This document shows, in pieces, positions 31,119 through 42,330 of a stretch of 64,000 nt of DNA. The first letter of the stretch is position 1. Each line of letters starts with the position of its first letter. This DNA is from a virus. Position numbers and translations under genes: made by a program. Below the pieces are notes generated by a model, which saw only the letters and a list, made by a program, of their open reading frames with translations, was not told the origin of the DNA and did no database searches. The DNA is taken from positions 1 to 64,000 of the IMG/VR virus record IMGVR_UViG_3300023548_000002; one strand, written 5' to 3'.

Positions 31119-31676
31119 TTAACAAGAAGCGCAACTACTGTTGCATAACTTCTGTAATTTATCAATATAATATTTTATATCAGTTTCTGAACTACAAGCA
31201 GCTAATCCTCTGCTTATTCCACGATATAACATTTCAGCTTCTAATAAAGAAGTGTCCATCTCTACACATCTATCACAAGTAGAAATGTAACTACTCCATT
31301 TGTTATCTAAGCAACAGCGTATGTTACAAAGGTTTATAAATTTAATAGTTTTTTCCGATGTAAAAGGATTTCCACTTTGAGAACCTGTTACTGAATAAGT
31401 TATAGTATATAAGCCGTCAGCTACTGTGGTAGGGGTTATTGCAGGAAATACAATCTCTCCTGTTACTATACTTGGTAGATTTGAAGTTTCGTCAATAATG
31501 TCTTGTGTTCCGTCAGGATAAGTAATAGTTATTGTTGCTGAGGTTATATCAGTAATATCAGGGTTGGGTGTTCCATATCCCTCTGTATTACCTGCTGAAT
31601 ATGGTAAGGTAATATCAGTAACAATAATATCTTTACAGCTATCTATTCGGGCTTTGATGTTTACTTGTAGTGCCAT
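31119..31676 (-). CDS. Putative tail hub protein
   Basis: DGLYTITY strand and Cys-rich C-terminus, directly after the auxiliary capsid gene. Confidence 0.45.
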   Translation of the reverse strand: MALQVNIKARIDSCKDIIVTDITLPYSAGNTEGYGTPNPDITDITSATITITYPDGTQDIIDETSNLPSIVTGEIVFPAITPTTVADGLYTITYSVTGSQSGNPFTSEKTIKFINLCNIRCCLDNKWSSYISTCDRCVEMDTSLLEAEMLYRGISRGLAACSSETDIKYYIDKLQKLCNSSCASC

Positions 31677-31687
31677 AAACTAAAAGA

Positions 31688-31722
31688 TAAAAGAGAGAGA
31701 GGGTAAAAATCCCCTCTCTCAT
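31688..31722 (-). terminator. Intrinsic terminator
   Basis: GAGAGAGGG/CCCTCTCTC stem followed by a T-run on the minus strand, right after the 31728 stop. Confidence 0.7.
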
Positions 31723-31727
31723 TTTGA

Positions 31728-32897
31728 TTATAGAGTTGCTAATAGTATGGAAGTTCCGTAGGTTGCATCAGTTGCCCAATTAGGACCTGCTGATGGAGCA
31801 GCCACGGTAATAACCATAGGATTGTTGATTACTTGTAGAGTAGATTTCTCAGTTTCAGCAATTTCCAATACATATTGGTCATAGGTTTCTCCAGCTACTG
31901 CATTTAGCTTAGCAGGGAAAATGTTTGGTTCACCAACTCGGAAGAACTCTCCGAAGTTACCTACTTCAAACCATTCTTGCTCAGCTATTTGCTCGTAGGT
32001 ACCTCTACCTTCAGAAGCAGGAGTATTAACTACTGGAGTGGTTCCAAAGCTGGCAGAATCTAAAGCTATATTCCAGCGAGCTTTTTTGTAATTAAATCGT
32101 CCTAAACGGAAAGCCAAAGGTTTACCTTGTAAGAAGATTCCCCAGTTGGCAGTAGCAGCGGCAGCAGCATTATACCAATCGTAAGAGGCGGCATTTATAG
32201 AAGGTCCTTGGTAAGGCATATTGATTTTTACGTCATTACCTACAATAGCTTCTACTTTGTAATGTCCACCACCTACTACGATTACATCTCCTACTACCCC
32301 TGCAAAAGCAGCCCCTAAGGTAATGTAGTTACTGCCTGAAGTAGCAGCAGCAGTAGTTAAAACGTTGGTTAATACAGCATCCGAAATAGCACGGATATAC
32401 ATAGGTTGCTCAGCTTCTCGCTCTAAGTTACGAATACCACTTTTTACTAAACCAAAAGCAATTTCTTCTTGAGTAGCTGTAGGGTCTGACTTGTAGGTCA
32501 TATCCTTAACATATACTCCACCATGATTCTGCACAATGGTTTCTTTAATCATTAATGATATTCGATAAACTGTTGAGCTGTTTACTGTAATAGCCCCTGA
32601 GGTACCATCGTATCCAATATAGGTAGTTTGTTCTGCAGGAGCAGCATAGGCAGCATTAGTAACCTTTACAATGTCTGCTTTATTAATCATACCACTTTGC
32701 AATAATTCACCATCTACATTGGCTACAATTTTAAAACGGTTTGTGGTAGGGAAGGTTGTGTTGGTTAAACGAACACCTGCACCATTGAAGATGCCTACTT
32801 CGCCATCTACAAGAGAAAGCACGTCAGCACCTAAAGCACCTGTTACATTCTTACCAACAAAAATTTTTCCTACATCTTTTTGATTGTTTGTTCTCAT
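31728..32897 (-). CDS. Auxiliary capsid/abundant structural protein
   Basis: 389 aa, Ala/Thr-rich, with G.GTYEQIAEQEWF motif. Synteny with the crAss auxiliary capsid gene and followed by a terminator. Confidence 0.6.
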   Translation of the reverse strand: MRTNNQKDVGKIFVGKNVTGALGADVLSLVDGEVGIFNGAGVRLTNTTFPTTNRFKIVANVDGELLQSGMINKADIVKVTNAAYAAPAEQTTYIGYDGTSGAITVNSSTVYRISLMIKETIVQNHGGVYVKDMTYKSDPTATQEEIAFGLVKSGIRNLEREAEQPMYIRAISDAVLTNVLTTAAATSGSNYITLGAAFAGVVGDVIVVGGGHYKVEAIVGNDVKINMPYQGPSINAASYDWYNAAAAATANWGIFLQGKPLAFRLGRFNYKKARWNIALDSASFGTTPVVNTPASEGRGTYEQIAEQEWFEVGNFGEFFRVGEPNIFPAKLNAVAGETYDQYVLEIAETEKSTLQVINNPMVITVAAPSAGPNWATDATYGTSILLATL

Positions 32898-32925
32898 TTT
32901 TGTCTGAATTTAGTTAAACTTAAAT

Positions 32926-33642
32926 TTAATTATTAATCTTTTCTTCCGTTACTTTTATCTGATATTCTTGTGGAGTTGTAGAAGCTATAGCTAATCTCAC
33001 TGCCGTATCTACAATCTCTTGATGAGCTGCCTCTCCAAACTCACTGTCTTGTTGTCCACTGGTAGTTCCATCGCCAGTAAAAGGGACGATAGGTAATGGT
33101 TCTTTTATATACCATAAACGATATTCGGATACGGTTGTATTACTTGGAAATATAAGTTCCGTTCTTTTCGTGCCAGAATCTTGTGAATAATATAACTCCC
33201 AAATATAATCATCTGCTGTTCCTTCTACTTTTGGTTTTTTATATGGATTGTTTTTTAAAATCGCATATCTGTTTTCTGTAATAAGCTTTACTCTTACTGG
33301 TTGGTTTTGATAACATAAGTCAGTAGTGGTTACTATAACTTCTGCATCCAATGGGTATTTTAAATCCGAAGGTAGTGCATAAAATACTCCTCCTGCTCTT
33401 ACTCCTATTTGATTTGCTAATGGAGTAGTAGTAGAATAGTATCGCTTTAATTCTTTGTACTCCTCAATACTCTTAGTATTCTTTTCAAACCCTTCATTTA
33501 TCTTAAAAGCTCTCTTTAATAAAATGTCCTGAGCCTTTGTTAATAGTATAGACTTCTCCTGGTCTGTGAAACCAGGAGTGTCTATACTTGGAACACGGTC
33601 TAACAAGACATCAAACTGATATGCCATTTCATTAGCGTCCAT
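32926..33642 (-). CDS. Tail ring protein
   Basis: EM...FDVL...PGF...EKS.LLTKAQ, GFE...and HQEIVD.AV.LA motifs. Confidence 0.7.
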   Translation of the reverse strand: MDANEMAYQFDVLLDRVPSIDTPGFTDQEKSILLTKAQDILLKRAFKINEGFEKNTKSIEEYKELKRYYSTTTPLANQIGVRAGGVFYALPSDLKYPLDAEVIVTTTDLCYQNQPVRVKLITENRYAILKNNPYKKPKVEGTADDYIWELYYSQDSGTKRTELIFPSNTTVSEYRLWYIKEPLPIVPFTGDGTTSGQQDSEFGEAAHQEIVDTAVRLAIASTTPQEYQIKVTEEKINN

Positions 33643-34483
33643 CTTCTTTCTTCTCTATTTTCGCTGTTAATGTTAAGAGAATTTCTTGATTCTCAGGACT
33701 TGCAATATATTTAGCAGCAGTTACTAATGTTGGAGACTCTCCTTTATTACACAACATGTCTCCTGTTGGTAATAAAAATTTGGTTCCTTCTTTCTTTACA
33801 AACCCATATCTTACTGCTTTTAATAATATAAGCTTCTCATTAAATAAAGGGTCATCACAGGTGGCTAAAAAGCCATCAACATCATGTTCAATGATATTAT
33901 CAATTTCTGCAATTAATGCGTCTTTTGACAATGTGTCAGCAGGACGTCGCCCATATACAATTAAGAAATCTCGTAATTTAGTTTTACTTTCTTCTAAAGC
34001 TAATGCTTGTTGGTATGCACGTTTAATCTTCTTACTTTTAGATACCCGTGCATCAATTCTTTCTTCTTCCGAAGTAATGTAATAAATATAAGTAGCTTTA
34101 TCAAATTTCGATGATTCATCTGGAGCTACCAAATCTCTATTCGATAGTAATATTTTGTATCGAATATAATCCTCTGGATTGCTTAAATCCAGCTGATAAG
34201 TTTTATCTGATAATTTTACCACTGCTTTTTTTGATGTCCAGAAATTGTTCTTTTGACGATGTGGAGACAAAGTTCCTTCGTCCAATCCCATAGCTTTTTC
34301 AAGCTCTTTTTGTTCTTCGGAAGAGAGAACAGTTACCAAGGAGCCCATACGACTCCTTGGTACTGTAAACTCATTTGTTATTCCTGGCATCATAAAATAT
34401 GCGATGTGGCTTGGGTCTTTAACCATACCTCTTGCTCGCTTGATAGGTACAACCTTTACTTTTTTTGGTTTTAAATATTTCAT
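33632..34483 (-). CDS. Conserved crAss-like protein downstream of MCP
   Basis: NNFW...LDLSNPEDYIRYKILLSN...AP motif and position. Confidence 0.65.
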   Translation of the reverse strand: MKYLKPKKVKVVPIKRARGMVKDPSHIAYFMMPGITNEFTVPRSRMGSLVTVLSSEEQKELEKAMGLDEGTLSPHRQKNNFWTSKKAVVKLSDKTYQLDLSNPEDYIRYKILLSNRDLVAPDESSKFDKATYIYYITSEEERIDARVSKSKKIKRAYQQALALEESKTKLRDFLIVYGRRPADTLSKDALIAEIDNIIEHDVDGFLATCDDPLFNEKLILLKAVRYGFVKKEGTKFLLPTGDMLCNKGESPTLVTAAKYIASPENQEILLTLTAKIEKKEDGR

Positions 34484-34508
34484 ATCTCTCTGTTTATATG
34501 GTTATTTA

Positions 34509-35975
34509 TTAAAGAACATTAGGAATAAAATGGATAGATTTCGATGGGTCAAACACCATTACTCCACCACAGTAGAATTTATGCTCTTCCCATCCATCTT
34601 TAGAAGTTCCAATAGCCGAAATAGCTGAATCTGGGTCGAAAGGATTTCGTAATCCTGGAATATACTTGTGGATAATGAAATCTTGACCCTTAACAGCAGC
34701 TTTTTGGATATTTGGTTCTCCATCAGTAGTTCCTACATCATACACATCGTATCGATAAGATTCTGCTACTCCTCCATCTGGATGTGGAATTTTATTACGG
34801 TTACGGTTGTCATACATTGAGTCAATAGATAAGTTGAACTTAATCATATTTGGTCCAATGTATTCAACAAATTGACCTCCATATCCTTTACCCATTTTAG
34901 CAAAATCTGTTTGGGTTTTATAGATACGGTCCATATCACGGTTGGGAACGAATAACTGAGTATGGTTCTCAAGAGCTACGTGGAACTGAACAGCTCCTCG
35001 TTCACCTGTACGAGCCATAAAGTTTCGCTCATCAAACCCTAATCGACCCTCAGACATATCTAACAAGCGATTAGATAGTGTTTGAATATCAAAGGTATTG
35101 TAAGTGGAAGTGTAAGAAACTTCAGTTTGCTCACGTAATCCAGAACCTTCTACAATTTCATAACCACTCTTACCTCGTTGTAAGTAGCTACCGTTAGCAG
35201 TTCGGTTGCTGGTTCCAAAGTGTAACAATCGGTTAATATCTTCACGGAACTCAATATCGAATTTATATGATTCGTAATGAGTCCATACAGCGAATTTCTT
35301 ACCACCTTTAGTTACTACTTCGGTACCCATTTTACGGTTCTTAATGTTACCTGGAGTAGTCTTCTCTGCACGAATTTGTGAGAAGGCATTACGCATAGAA
35401 ATATGAGATTGGAATTTAATCTCACGTCCTCGTTCCGATAAGGTACGCTCTACAGGAGCATATTCACGAGAAAATAATTGTCCCCCTGAAATCTCATCGT
35501 AAGGCAAAAACAAGTTAGCATCTCCTGTTAATAACTCGCAAGTATATACAGTAAGATTACCGTCTTTGGCTACAGATTTGATTAAGATGGGATATTTCTC
35601 ATTTTTCTCTCCTACGATTTTTTCTCCTTCAGAGAACCAATCGGCAGCGAATACAAGTTGGAACTCAGAGTAACCCAATCCTGCTTTATCGGCAGGAGTT
35701 ACAGGAACTCCATCAATACGGGCTTCTACTAAAGGAATGTTGTCAATCATTTGTGAATACAATTCCCAATAGTAGTCTCGGTCATCATCAAAATACTTAA
35801 CCCCATATTTCGATAATAAAGAGTCAATATCCTGACCGAAGTTTTTTTCTTGAATAAGCTGTATAAGCTTTGATGCCTTTTGAGGACTTTGAGCAAAGAT
35901 TGCTCCTAAGTGATTCTCCGTGGTAAGCCCTTTCCACGAAGTGGCATCAGTCATTTGTAATGGACTAATTTTCAT
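34509..35975 (-). CDS. Major capsid protein
   Basis: 488 aa. WKGLTTENHLG N-terminus, G.GLREQ, TGERGA.QF and HPDGG.AESYR motifs of the crAss MCP. Confidence 0.9.
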   Translation of the reverse strand: MKISPLQMTDATSWKGLTTENHLGAIFAQSPQKASKLIQLIQEKNFGQDIDSLLSKYGVKYFDDDRDYYWELYSQMIDNIPLVEARIDGVPVTPADKAGLGYSEFQLVFAADWFSEGEKIVGEKNEKYPILIKSVAKDGNLTVYTCELLTGDANLFLPYDEISGGQLFSREYAPVERTLSERGREIKFQSHISMRNAFSQIRAEKTTPGNIKNRKMGTEVVTKGGKKFAVWTHYESYKFDIEFREDINRLLHFGTSNRTANGSYLQRGKSGYEIVEGSGLREQTEVSYTSTYNTFDIQTLSNRLLDMSEGRLGFDERNFMARTGERGAVQFHVALENHTQLFVPNRDMDRIYKTQTDFAKMGKGYGGQFVEYIGPNMIKFNLSIDSMYDNRNRNKIPHPDGGVAESYRYDVYDVGTTDGEPNIQKAAVKGQDFIIHKYIPGLRNPFDPDSAISAIGTSKDGWEEHKFYCGGVMVFDPSKSIHFIPNVL

Positions 35976-36008
35976 TGTTCTATTTGATTTTAACGATTAA
36001 TTACTAAT

Positions 36009-37100
36009 TTATTCAACTAAGTCATCTAAGTTGTCAAGTAACTCTTTAACATCCTTAGATACTATTTTCTTTGGACTACCTGGCTTAAAATGCTCGCCAC
36101 TTTTTATCATCTTATCCAATTCATCAATAGCACTGGATTTAATTGGTGCCTTGATATTCTCAAGCTTGGTAAATCCATCAGTTTGGACATACAAGTAAGC
36201 TAACACTTTCTCTACTTCATGTCCTTTTTCTTTACGTAGTGCATCAATAGCATTAATTGGCACTCCATTTTCTTCTTTTACAGGGGTTGTCATTACTTCA
36301 AAGATTTTCTCACGAGCCTTTGAAGGAACTTTTATCCCTGGAATTATTTCTTCAGACTTCAATATCTCTTCTTTTAATTTAGAAAGCTTTTCTTCTTCTT
36401 CTTTCTTTTTAGCTTCTAACTCTTTTTGTTTTTCTTTAGCTTTCTCTGATAAGAGATTTTTAGCCTTTTCTCTCAATACTTCGTATGCCTGAGAAGCTAC
36501 TACTTCCATATTCCCTGTCTTCTTTTTAGTTTCTACAAGCTCTTGGATAGCATCATCTTCTACTCCCTTCATCTTGTAGTATTGGTATAATATCCCTTCT
36601 TGTATTGCAGGGTCAGAAGCTACTACTTCTGGCGTAATTTTATTTGTTAATACATCCTCAATTTTTAAAGCTGCTTTAACTTCTTCTTCAGGAACTCCTA
36701 CACGTATAGCATCTAAATATTTACGTTGCGCCTCAGTAAGTCCATCATACTCAGATGCTGTTACAGCTTTCTTTAAAGTTTCTACTAAATCCTTAGCGGA
36801 CTTAATATTTTCCATCTCTTCCTGAGTAAGAGAAACCCCCTCTTCTTTCAGAGCGGAAGCAAGAGTTTGAAACAGAGAGATATTACTGTCATCAGAGGGG
36901 GTACTCTCAGCGGAAGATGTTTCTTCAGTTTCTTCTTCCTTATCTTGAGGTGAGGATGTCTCATTATTATTTAAAGAACGTTCCTCTGTTTCCTCACTTC
37001 CTTTCTCTTGAGTTTCTTTATCTTCTTGTTCAGTTGGTTCTTCTACAGCCCGCTCAAGTTCTGTAAAATCCAACTCATCTAAAAAATTGTTACCTTCCAT
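36009..37100 (-). CDS. Putative scaffold protein
   Basis: Highly acidic N-terminus and coiled-coil, lying between portal and MCP. Confidence 0.6.
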   Translation of the reverse strand: MEGNNFLDELDFTELERAVEEPTEQEDKETQEKGSEETEERSLNNNETSSPQDKEEETEETSSAESTPSDDSNISLFQTLASALKEEGVSLTQEEMENIKSAKDLVETLKKAVTASEYDGLTEAQRKYLDAIRVGVPEEEVKAALKIEDVLTNKITPEVVASDPAIQEGILYQYYKMKGVEDDAIQELVETKKKTGNMEVVASQAYEVLREKAKNLLSEKAKEKQKELEAKKKEEEEKLSKLKEEILKSEEIIPGIKVPSKAREKIFEVMTTPVKEENGVPINAIDALRKEKGHEVEKVLAYLYVQTDGFTKLENIKAPIKSSAIDELDKMIKSGEHFKPGSPKKIVSKDVKELLDNLDDLVE

Positions 37101-37103
37101 ATG

Positions 37104-37113
37104 TCAAATATAT
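37104..37113 (-). promoter_or_regulatory. Bacteroidota-type -7 box (TATATTTG)
   Basis: TAnnTTTG immediately upstream of the scaffold ATG. Confidence 0.4.
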
Positions 37114-37132
37114 TTGTTTAGTTTATATCTTG

Positions 37133-39505
37133 TTACTTTTTTTGTTTGATTTTCTTCTCCTCAATAGATATTTTCTTTTCTTCTAACTTTCTGTCTTTTT
37201 CTTTTTCTTTACTTTCGTGCTCTAATTTCATTCTTAGTTGTTTCTCTTGTGCTTGTGCTTTAATTCGCTCTTTATCTAATTCAGTATAATCATTAATACC
37301 ATCATTATCTAAATCTTGGTCTTCTGTTTTTGCTTGAATTCTTATTAGCTCACGCTCAGTAGCTTTATTTTCTTTCAAAGTAATAAGCTCTTTTTGGAAA
37401 GCTCTTTCCTCTTGAATTTTCTTTTGCTCAGCTTCTGCTTGCGCTTGTGCTGCTTTCTGTTGCTCTTCTTTTGCTTGGTCTTGTAATAACTCAAGCTTGC
37501 GTTTTCTTTCAGCAATACTATCTGTTTGTAATATGTCAATAAATGTGGCGAAGTTGAGCATGCCATTTTGAAATCCTGCATGTGCTAATTGTTCGATAGC
37601 ATTATCAATCTTCATTGTCTTAGTAGAAGAGTCAATAGTTATATCCCATTCAATAGGATTGATTTGGTCTATATTTACTTCTACTAATTGTGAGGTAAAG
37701 TCATCTAATACTACCTCAAGTTTTTTAGTTCCCTTCCATGCTAATTTAGCAGTTAATAATCCTGCTAACATTACTCGAGCTTTTAAATAATCATGCTCCA
37801 TAAAATAGTATTCAGTAATATGATTGGATTGAACTATTTGTCTTTCGGTATTTCCTACAAGCTCACTGGCACTTATCTGCCCCTCTCTTGCTCGTGTTAC
37901 TCCTAATACATTACCTATCTTTTGTTCAATAAGCCCTGCTAATTGCACGTACATATCCAAACTCTGCCCTACTTCCATATCTATTACAGGGGTATTTTGT
38001 TGTAACCCCCCTGAAATTTTACCTATAGCTGCACCCTTTTTCCCTTCTTTAAATAGGTCAGTGGGAACGGCTTTGAAAGTCTTAGCGTAAGCTATCCATT
38101 TATCTATATCCCATCCATCAGGAACTTCATGTAAAGGAACTTTAAGTATCTTACCCCAATTCGTAGCAATGAGATTTTCAATGTTATTCATTACTACATT
38201 GTAAAGATACTGATAGGGTTTTCCTTTATCCATAAAGGATAATGCTCGTTGATTATTGGTAGTATAAATTGTTCCAATTATCCCTGGATAGGCAATACTT
38301 AGATTGAGCATGCTACGATATTGAACAGGCTTAATACGTATCTTAGTGTAAATGGCTTTTTGATTTGGAAGGCATATTTTATGTCCTTCCCACCATTCAT
38401 TTACCCATAATACCTCAGCTGTTTCCCCAGGTTTTAATTTGTAAAATTCTGGACGTATCTCTTTTATTTCTTCTCCTAAGGGTGAGTATGATGTTACTTT
38501 AAGTAGTTTTCTTCGACTCTTCCAATACACTTTTACTACTCTTAAATTACCATTGTTATCAATTGGAGAGAGTGATGGATTAAATTTAGTGTTAAATGCA
38601 GCACTGTCTAAGTTATCTTCAATGATAGCTATTTCTTTGGGGTCTAACATTGGTCCTGGGTCAGAACCTCCAAAACTGGCACTATACCCTAATGACGCCT
38701 CTTCGATTAAATCAATCTCTTTCTGCGTTAAGAACTCAAAATATTCATCTTGTATCTGTCCTGGAGATTTATATCCGTCAATAACAATGATGTCAGAATC
38801 TTCAATATAGTTACTCTCTCCACTTAATACCGTATGAACATTTAATGGGTTGAGTTTGAATAATCGAGGCTCATTTGATATAATGTCCCATTGGTAGATT
38901 TCTTCAGAAGAGATTAGTGCATCTTTAAATCCTTGGTTGAACTTTATTTTGAATTGCTCTTTTTGCTCTAAATGTTTGATAATATGTGTTCCATACATTT
39001 CTCTGAAGTCCTTTCTTGTAAACTTCATATACTTATGGAACTTGTCTATCTGCTCTTTTAGTTCATGTTCTGGTAAATCTTCTTGTGCAAGTTTTAAAAT
39101 GAACTTTCTAAATTCATCAAACTCAGCTAATTTCTTCTCTTGTAATATATCTGGATTAACTATTTTCAATCGCCAATCAAAAAATCTTTTCCGCTCTTCT
39201 CCAATTAATACATCAATCTTTGGGTTAACTAAGGGATAGTTCTGTATCTTTACAGGAGAGTATTGCAGTCCCAATTTGTATGGGTCAGCAATCCTCTTCA
39301 TATCTTCCTCCTGCACTATGTCAGAGTATAAATCGTAGTTGATTTTCTTATTTACATAACTTTGACGCAGTGTATGCTCCGAATAAACAGCCATGTATTC
39401 TCCTGCATCTATGCAGTCCATTTGCCATTTTTTCGTCTTTTGCGTAAGCCCTTTCTTCTGTGCAGGAAAACTTACTGAGTTTAATGTGGATATCGAACGA
39501 ATCAT
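37133..39505 (-). CDS. Portal protein
   Basis: P.QK...K...W, INYDLY, IQNYP...PKI.VL.GEE, W.NEWWEG.KI and R.GQI motifs, directly after TerL. Confidence 0.9.
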   Translation of the reverse strand: MIRSISTLNSVSFPAQKKGLTQKTKKWQMDCIDAGEYMAVYSEHTLRQSYVNKKINYDLYSDIVQEEDMKRIADPYKLGLQYSPVKIQNYPLVNPKIDVLIGEERKRFFDWRLKIVNPDILQEKKLAEFDEFRKFILKLAQEDLPEHELKEQIDKFHKYMKFTRKDFREMYGTHIIKHLEQKEQFKIKFNQGFKDALISSEEIYQWDIISNEPRLFKLNPLNVHTVLSGESNYIEDSDIIVIDGYKSPGQIQDEYFEFLTQKEIDLIEEASLGYSASFGGSDPGPMLDPKEIAIIEDNLDSAAFNTKFNPSLSPIDNNGNLRVVKVYWKSRRKLLKVTSYSPLGEEIKEIRPEFYKLKPGETAEVLWVNEWWEGHKICLPNQKAIYTKIRIKPVQYRSMLNLSIAYPGIIGTIYTTNNQRALSFMDKGKPYQYLYNVVMNNIENLIATNWGKILKVPLHEVPDGWDIDKWIAYAKTFKAVPTDLFKEGKKGAAIGKISGGLQQNTPVIDMEVGQSLDMYVQLAGLIEQKIGNVLGVTRAREGQISASELVGNTERQIVQSNHITEYYFMEHDYLKARVMLAGLLTAKLAWKGTKKLEVVLDDFTSQLVEVNIDQINPIEWDITIDSSTKTMKIDNAIEQLAHAGFQNGMLNFATFIDILQTDSIAERKRKLELLQDQAKEEQQKAAQAQAEAEQKKIQEERAFQKELITLKENKATERELIRIQAKTEDQDLDNDGINDYTELDKERIKAQAQEKQLRMKLEHESKEKEKDRKLEEKKISIEEKKIKQKK

Positions 39506-39544
39506 AAAACGCAATTATACGAATTTATTACTAATCTTTTATAT

Positions 39545-41791
39545 TTATAGTTGTGAAAAAAATGAATTTCTTGGTTTGTTATGGATGTTTTTCTTTAATA
39601 GATTGTTGAAGAACTGTGAATTTAATTCTACTTCTTTCCCCTCTTCCATTATTCGTTCACTTATCTTTTCTCTATCAGCTTTTAATATCATCAACATACC
39701 CATAGCAGATACACGGTCAGCATTGATGTCTGGTGTCCATTTAATTAACTCATTCAACAATCCAATGCTTCTTATGGTATGTAGATTTAATACTGTTTCT
39801 TCTTCATTTGTCCCTTCTACTACATAGGCTTTATCTAATAACCAATCTGCTAATAGTCTTCGTGCAAAGGAATTGATTTTCTTCCCAGAGTTGGTTCCCT
39901 TCTTTTTATTTCCATAGTAATTGGGTTTCATCATCTGCATACTCTTCAATATTTCTGGATTGTCTGCTAAGTAATGCAATGAATTTCTTCTATCCATATA
40001 GGCAAAAAACCCCTTCTTGTCATTCTCATAGTTACAAATAGCATTGTAATACATCAATAGTCTTCGACATATTTCATAGAATTCATTTGCTGTTCTTGGT
40101 CTTCCTGTGTATTCCGCTACTATTCTCTCTGTTACTGAATCCATTACAAAAATACTACCTAATGAGTTAGTGGTAGAACTGTCGTCATCAAAGGGGTCCA
40201 TTCCTGCTATGTATCTACCGAAGGGTATATCCTTAGCATCAGTATATGGTTTTTCAAATATTTCTACTGCTCCATGCTTATTTAGATTATCCTTCAATGG
40301 AAAATCCCGTATGGGTTCTTTTTCTACGGTAGAATCAAGCTCTACTCCTTTCTTAGTTACTACTAAATCTCCTACAAAATGTCCTGCTACAAAACTTTGT
40401 AAATTTGGAGAGATATCTGCTAAATAAGCTTTTAAATCTCCTACAGGGAATAAACTTCCTTCTTTACGCATTAAAGCGTCCTGTGGGTAAATAGGACGTT
40501 CTGCTTTTGCTTGGATAATATCATTGGGGTCGGCATTAGCATCTCTTAGTCTTTGTATTCTAAATAGCTCGTCTATTATCGCTTGTATTACATCAGAGTT
40601 TCCATCTTTATCCATACACCCTCGCATATTCATATACACAGGGTGAAAGAAAGCACTCTGCGTAGCAGAGGAGTTTACTCCTTTATCCCATACATTCGGA
40701 AGGGGTAAAATATTAAATGCCGAGGGTCCGTAAAAGAACTTCTGCGCTCCTTCAAAATTAGCTCCTTCCGTCCCTCCTGTTCCCCAAGTTATCATCAGTC
40801 CAAAGGCAATGCCGTCTTCTTCTACCGAAGGTCTGGCTATTTGCCAAGCAGTTACTACATTAGGGAATTTTCCGTTCTCTTCCCATAATACATAACTACC
40901 ACGTTTACCCCGTGCTTTCTGTGGGTCATTCATTAAACTTACACCTATTACTTCATTGAGGAGTCCTTTCTCTATCTTCTGAGCCTTGTCTATATACCCT
41001 AATCTCCAGTGCATATCATGCAAGGAGTCTTTGATTCTTAATCGTGGAAATGGTGTTCTCTCTGCTAAGAAGTTAATAATATCTTGGAATTTATTTAAAA
41101 TACCGTCTTTGATAAGATATTCTTTTTCATTAGCTAAGGCATACGCACGTATCTTTTCCTTAGCTTTTTCTGTATCTCCAAATAGGAAAGCTTTGGCTAA
41201 TAAACTCCCCCCTTTAAACGAATACCCTTTACCTCGTGATTTTAATATATCTGCATGACTCCCTGCTTCTCTTGCTTGGTGTATGTAATGAAAGAATAAA
41301 TAGTCCCCATCGTAGAAATCAGGGAAGTCCACTACCCGCTGACCTCTTTTCTTCCCTTTCTCTTTTTGTATTACTTTGATGATTGGTGAGTAATTGAGAT
41401 AGAAATAAAATTCCCCTGGTATCCACTCCCCGTCTTCTTCTCTTACCATCCCATTATAAATACGATGGATTTCTCTTTTCCAGAATTGCATATATTCTGA
41501 ATTGGGATTTCTTGTGGGAAAGGCTTTGGTGTAACACCCATGTTTTTGATAGTATATGGCTGCTTGTCGAAAGTAGTCAGTATTTTCTAAAATGTGCGGT
41601 TTGGTAACATCTACAATTATCCTCCCTTGTGCATCTCTTGGTAAGTCTTTGGCATAGGGTCTATCAATACTACTCATGTTTTTAATAAATTCTACCTCGT
41701 CTAATATAGTAAGAAACTCTTCCCTAACAAATTTGGGGAAAGAATTAAGTTCATCTTCTGTAATATGTGTCTGTGTCTTATTAAAGACCAT
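39545..41791 (-). CDS. terL: Terminase large subunit
   Basis: Walker A LKSRGKGYSF, Walker B VLWEENG, GTGG, RuvC-like IAGMDPFDDD and NADRVSA. Uninterrupted. Confidence 0.95.
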   Translation of the reverse strand: MVFNKTQTHITEDELNSFPKFVREEFLTILDEVEFIKNMSSIDRPYAKDLPRDAQGRIIVDVTKPHILENTDYFRQAAIYYQKHGCYTKAFPTRNPNSEYMQFWKREIHRIYNGMVREEDGEWIPGEFYFYLNYSPIIKVIQKEKGKKRGQRVVDFPDFYDGDYLFFHYIHQAREAGSHADILKSRGKGYSFKGGSLLAKAFLFGDTEKAKEKIRAYALANEKEYLIKDGILNKFQDIINFLAERTPFPRLRIKDSLHDMHWRLGYIDKAQKIEKGLLNEVIGVSLMNDPQKARGKRGSYVLWEENGKFPNVVTAWQIARPSVEEDGIAFGLMITWGTGGTEGANFEGAQKFFYGPSAFNILPLPNVWDKGVNSSATQSAFFHPVYMNMRGCMDKDGNSDVIQAIIDELFRIQRLRDANADPNDIIQAKAERPIYPQDALMRKEGSLFPVGDLKAYLADISPNLQSFVAGHFVGDLVVTKKGVELDSTVEKEPIRDFPLKDNLNKHGAVEIFEKPYTDAKDIPFGRYIAGMDPFDDDSSTTNSLGSIFVMDSVTERIVAEYTGRPRTANEFYEICRRLLMYYNAICNYENDKKGFFAYMDRRNSLHYLADNPEILKSMQMMKPNYYGNKKKGTNSGKKINSFARRLLADWLLDKAYVVEGTNEEETVLNLHTIRSIGLLNELIKWTPDINADRVSAMGMLMILKADREKISERIMEEGKEVELNSQFFNNLLKKNIHNKPRNSFFSQL

Positions 41792-42329
41792 CTTCAAAAA
41801 TATTTTTTGTCTGTTTCCCTCGTGCTTCTGATGATTGTTGTAATTCTCTCTTAACTTTCTCCTCGGCTTTGTTTACAGCATCTATAGCTTCTGAAAGTGT
41901 CTTAAAAGTTTCTGTAATCTTTTTAAAGTCGTGTATGGGTCTTCCATTCTTATCCCTCTCGTCAAAATCTATATTTGCAATATATTTTGAAAGATTATCA
42001 AGAGATTTTCGAGCATTCTGTAACAATACAAGTGAAGCCGTTTGTTGTAATTCATCATATAAATCAAGTGCTTCTTGTAAATATTCTGGAATAGTGAATT
42101 TCTTTTTGCCATAAACAAGCTCTGCTACTCTTTCAAATCGTTCTTTCTCATCTATTATTTCTGCAAATTCAGAACGAAAGTCTTTGTAAAAGTAAATGAA
42201 AGAAAGATCAGCAATAGCTCTGACCTTCCCCTTAGTCCTATCCCTCTTCCATAATACTTTGAATGGAAGTAAGGATAAAGCTTCTGGCTTTATTTTTATC
42301 TCATAATCTATGTAGTTTAATAAACTCAT
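41781..42329 (-). CDS. Conserved protein upstream of TerL (terminase small subunit candidate)
   Basis: Helical 182 aa overlapping the TerL start. Function inferred from position. Confidence 0.45.
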   Translation of the reverse strand: MSLLNYIDYEIKIKPEALSLLPFKVLWKRDRTKGKVRAIADLSFIYFYKDFRSEFAEIIDEKERFERVAELVYGKKKFTIPEYLQEALDLYDELQQTASLVLLQNARKSLDNLSKYIANIDFDERDKNGRPIHDFKKITETFKTLSEAIDAVNKAEEKVKRELQQSSEARGKQTKNIFEDGL

Positions 42330-42330
42330 A